DNA of 64,000 nucleotides from Alloascoidea hylecoeti. Its lineage: Eukaryota. Under the pieces are notes generated by a model. The model was given only the letters and a program-made list of their open reading frames with translations, was not told where the DNA came from and did not search any database. The stretch is from positions 495,727-559,726 of the forward strand of contig BCKZ01000005.1 of assembly GCA_001600815.1 (NCBI GenBank). The letters run 5' to 3'. Of the stretch, positions 62,140 through 64,000 are shown piece by piece. Position numbers and translations under genes: made by a program. The stretch's first letter is position 1. Every line of letters starts with the position of its first letter.

Positions 62140-62452
62140 TGATTGATCCACCTGATTCCATAATAATTTTGGTGATACTTCTAAGAGACGATTTTTGACC
62201 TTTCGTGATACCACCTTTAATTGTGCTAAGCTTTGGGTGCTTGTTTCCTGGATCAATTCTGAACTTGAACAATATAATTTTCAATGTTTTTTAAGTATGG
62301 ACAGTTCGCAGGCCAATATGACTGTTCCATTTGATCTTCCTCCTGATTTATTTTTATTTATAGGCTGGGGCATTATCCTGTTGAAAAATATCACCTTCAA
62401 AGACTTTAATAAAGGGTATTGCCACTCGTTGTAATACTTCTTTGATATACGT
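62140..62452 (-). mobile_element. Second, more degraded Tc1 transposase fragment
   Basis: YIKEVLQRVAIPFIKVFEGDIFQQDNAPAY and WPANCPYLKNIEN parallel the 60-61 kb copy. Boundaries approximate. Confidence 0.75.
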
Positions 62453-63296
62453 ATAAGGTCTTACACCTCAGAATTAATGTTTCCTGAAGTATCTCTATAC
62501 CAATCGAATATCGTGTTCAGACTGTTTTGTAGTTCTCTAATATATCTTAGTAGTTATGTTAGTATCTATTTTTCTAAACTCTATAGCAAATGTTATATTT
62601 TATGTTTTATCCTAATTGGGAGACGGCCGTCCACTTTTTTAATTGATTTGCATAATCGTATAATCATGAAACCCTGTGAGAAGATTGTTTCGGCTTTACA
62701 CTAGTTGGATTGCTATACGCTAAAAAACCAGTTTCAGCATAGGTATGACCTGCTACCGACCAAATAAACGAGATATTGCTTTAGCTTTATAATAGTCAGC
62801 CGAACGATTTATTTTTCGAATTGTTAGAAATCATTAAGGTTTTGATGAGATATTCTCAAATAAAATTTATCAAGAAGTTGATATATAAGATACCGCCGTT
62901 ACCATCTGTACACATGTAGCTATATTTTTGAGTTATCCGATTATTTAATCTGAATATCTAATTGAAATAGAAGAAATTCCAATCATAGTGAATAAATATG
63001 GTATATCAATATTGCAATGTACGTATATATATGTGTATGATTGCTGTTCTACCATATGACAGTTTTGGTGTTGTGCACCTCTACATACTATTTTAGGTAA
63101 CTATCAAAAAAAAAAAAAAAAAAAAATTGGAAAATTTGAAAGATACTTGCTCTATCCACTTAAAGATAATAATTATATAAACCCCCAATCTCTGTGAATT
63201 TTTTATTATTATTCCTTATCTTTTCAACTAAAATCAGTAAAGAACAATTTCGAATTGCAAATATTTATTTCATTGATAATAATACTACAATTTAAT

Positions 63297-64000
63297 ATGT
63301 TATTTAAATTATTAACTGCTGCTTTTTATGCAGCCACTACTTTGTGCCTTGGTGTTCAAGCAGCCGAGTCTGTAGCTGATCATGATCGTGGTGAAGAGTT
63401 CTTTACCATTTCCAATTTACCAAAGAATGAAACAAGAGAAACTTTAATGCATGAGCTCAACTACTTTGCAAAAGTCAACAGTCAAGCGTATTGCCTTTTC
63501 ACTGAAGATTGGTCTGATGATAGAGCTGGTTGTCCTCTCCGTTGTGATGATAATGACTTTAAAAACCTTGATTTATTTGATGTTTGGAGACCAGTTGAAA
63601 GATTATCAGCGGGTACTGTTACGTTGTTTTATCTTGATCATGCTAGAAAGGCAAAAATTATACTTTTTAGAGGATCTACAAGTATTAATGATTGGATTGT
63701 GGATTTTACTACATTGCCTGTTGGATATACACCAGTTGTAGTCAGAAATGGAGCTGTTAAAGAATCAGACGCATACGAAAATACTGCTGTTCATCTTGGA
63801 TTTTATGAAGCAATGAGACAGACCTGGGTTGGAGTTAATAAAACTTTTACGGCAATGGATGTGATTCATCCCGAGTACAAGACAATTGTCATCGGTCATT
63901 CTTTGGGAGGAGCAGTTGCACAGCTAGTTGGACTTGAATTCAGTTATCTTGGGTATAATCCTTCAGTAATCACATGGGGGTCACCAAGAGTCGGAGACGT
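63297..64000 (+). CDS. Secreted class-3 triacylglycerol lipase (partial, runs off the window)
   Basis: Signal peptide MLFKLLTAAFYAATTLCLGVQA; FRGSTSINDWIVD, VHLGFY, GHSLGGA nucleophile elbow, TWGSPRVG. Absent from the ORF track because it has no stop in the window. Confidence 0.9.
   Translation, partial: MLFKLLTAAFYAATTLCLGVQAAESVADHDRGEEFFTISNLPKNETRETLMHELNYFAKVNSQAYCLFTEDWSDDRAGCPLRCDDNDFKNLDLFDVWRPVERLSAGTVTLFYLDHARKAKIILFRGSTSINDWIVDFTTLPVGYTPVVVRNGAVKESDAYENTAVHLGFYEAMRQTWVGVNKTFTAMDVIHPEYKTIVIGHSLGGAVAQLVGLEFSYLGYNPSVITWGSPRVGD

Noticed and set aside
63451..63741. 96-aa ORF in the track
   Set aside because: Off-frame shadow of the lipase CDS that starts at 63297.
1..64000. CRISPR array, rRNA or prokaryotic defence system
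   Set aside because: Eukaryotic nuclear DNA with spliceosomal introns; no repeat-spacer array or rRNA-like sequence seen.

Overview
AT-rich, intron-rich budding-yeast (Saccharomycotina-type) nuclear DNA; the one informative CTG codon suggests the standard code. Left gene block: the end of a GPI-type cell-wall gene, BUL1-like, DSD1, DUF1989, RCR1-like, SHY1, tRNA-Ser(UGA), a WDR44/LAF1-type WD40 gene, YAP1, MAK10, RPL12 and an ATG37-like ACBP gene. Two decayed F-box genes and an inverted, decayed copy of the YAP1 5' end bracket the MAK10-RPL12-ACBP block in a mirror-like layout. Both F-box pseudogenes are interrupted by the same 137-bp TG..CA mini-LTR family with 5-bp target duplications. A ~21-kb gene-poor region (29.3-50.1 kb) holds only a Medusa/MedA-like regulator plus transposon relics. 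Right gene block: GUK1, NHX1, NDC1, a short RAD52 and NADP-isocitrate dehydrogenase, then a transposon graveyard (copia relic, a TIR-bounded Tc1 DD34E element, a second Tc1 relic) and the 5' part of a secreted class-3 lipase. Best leads: a UGA-CUA readthrough extension of IDP ending in a PTS1-like tail, the inverted YAP1 duplication, the mini-LTR family, the MedA desert, and recurring tandem-duplicated palindromic hexamers in non-coding DNA. All calls are by eye, without database searches.
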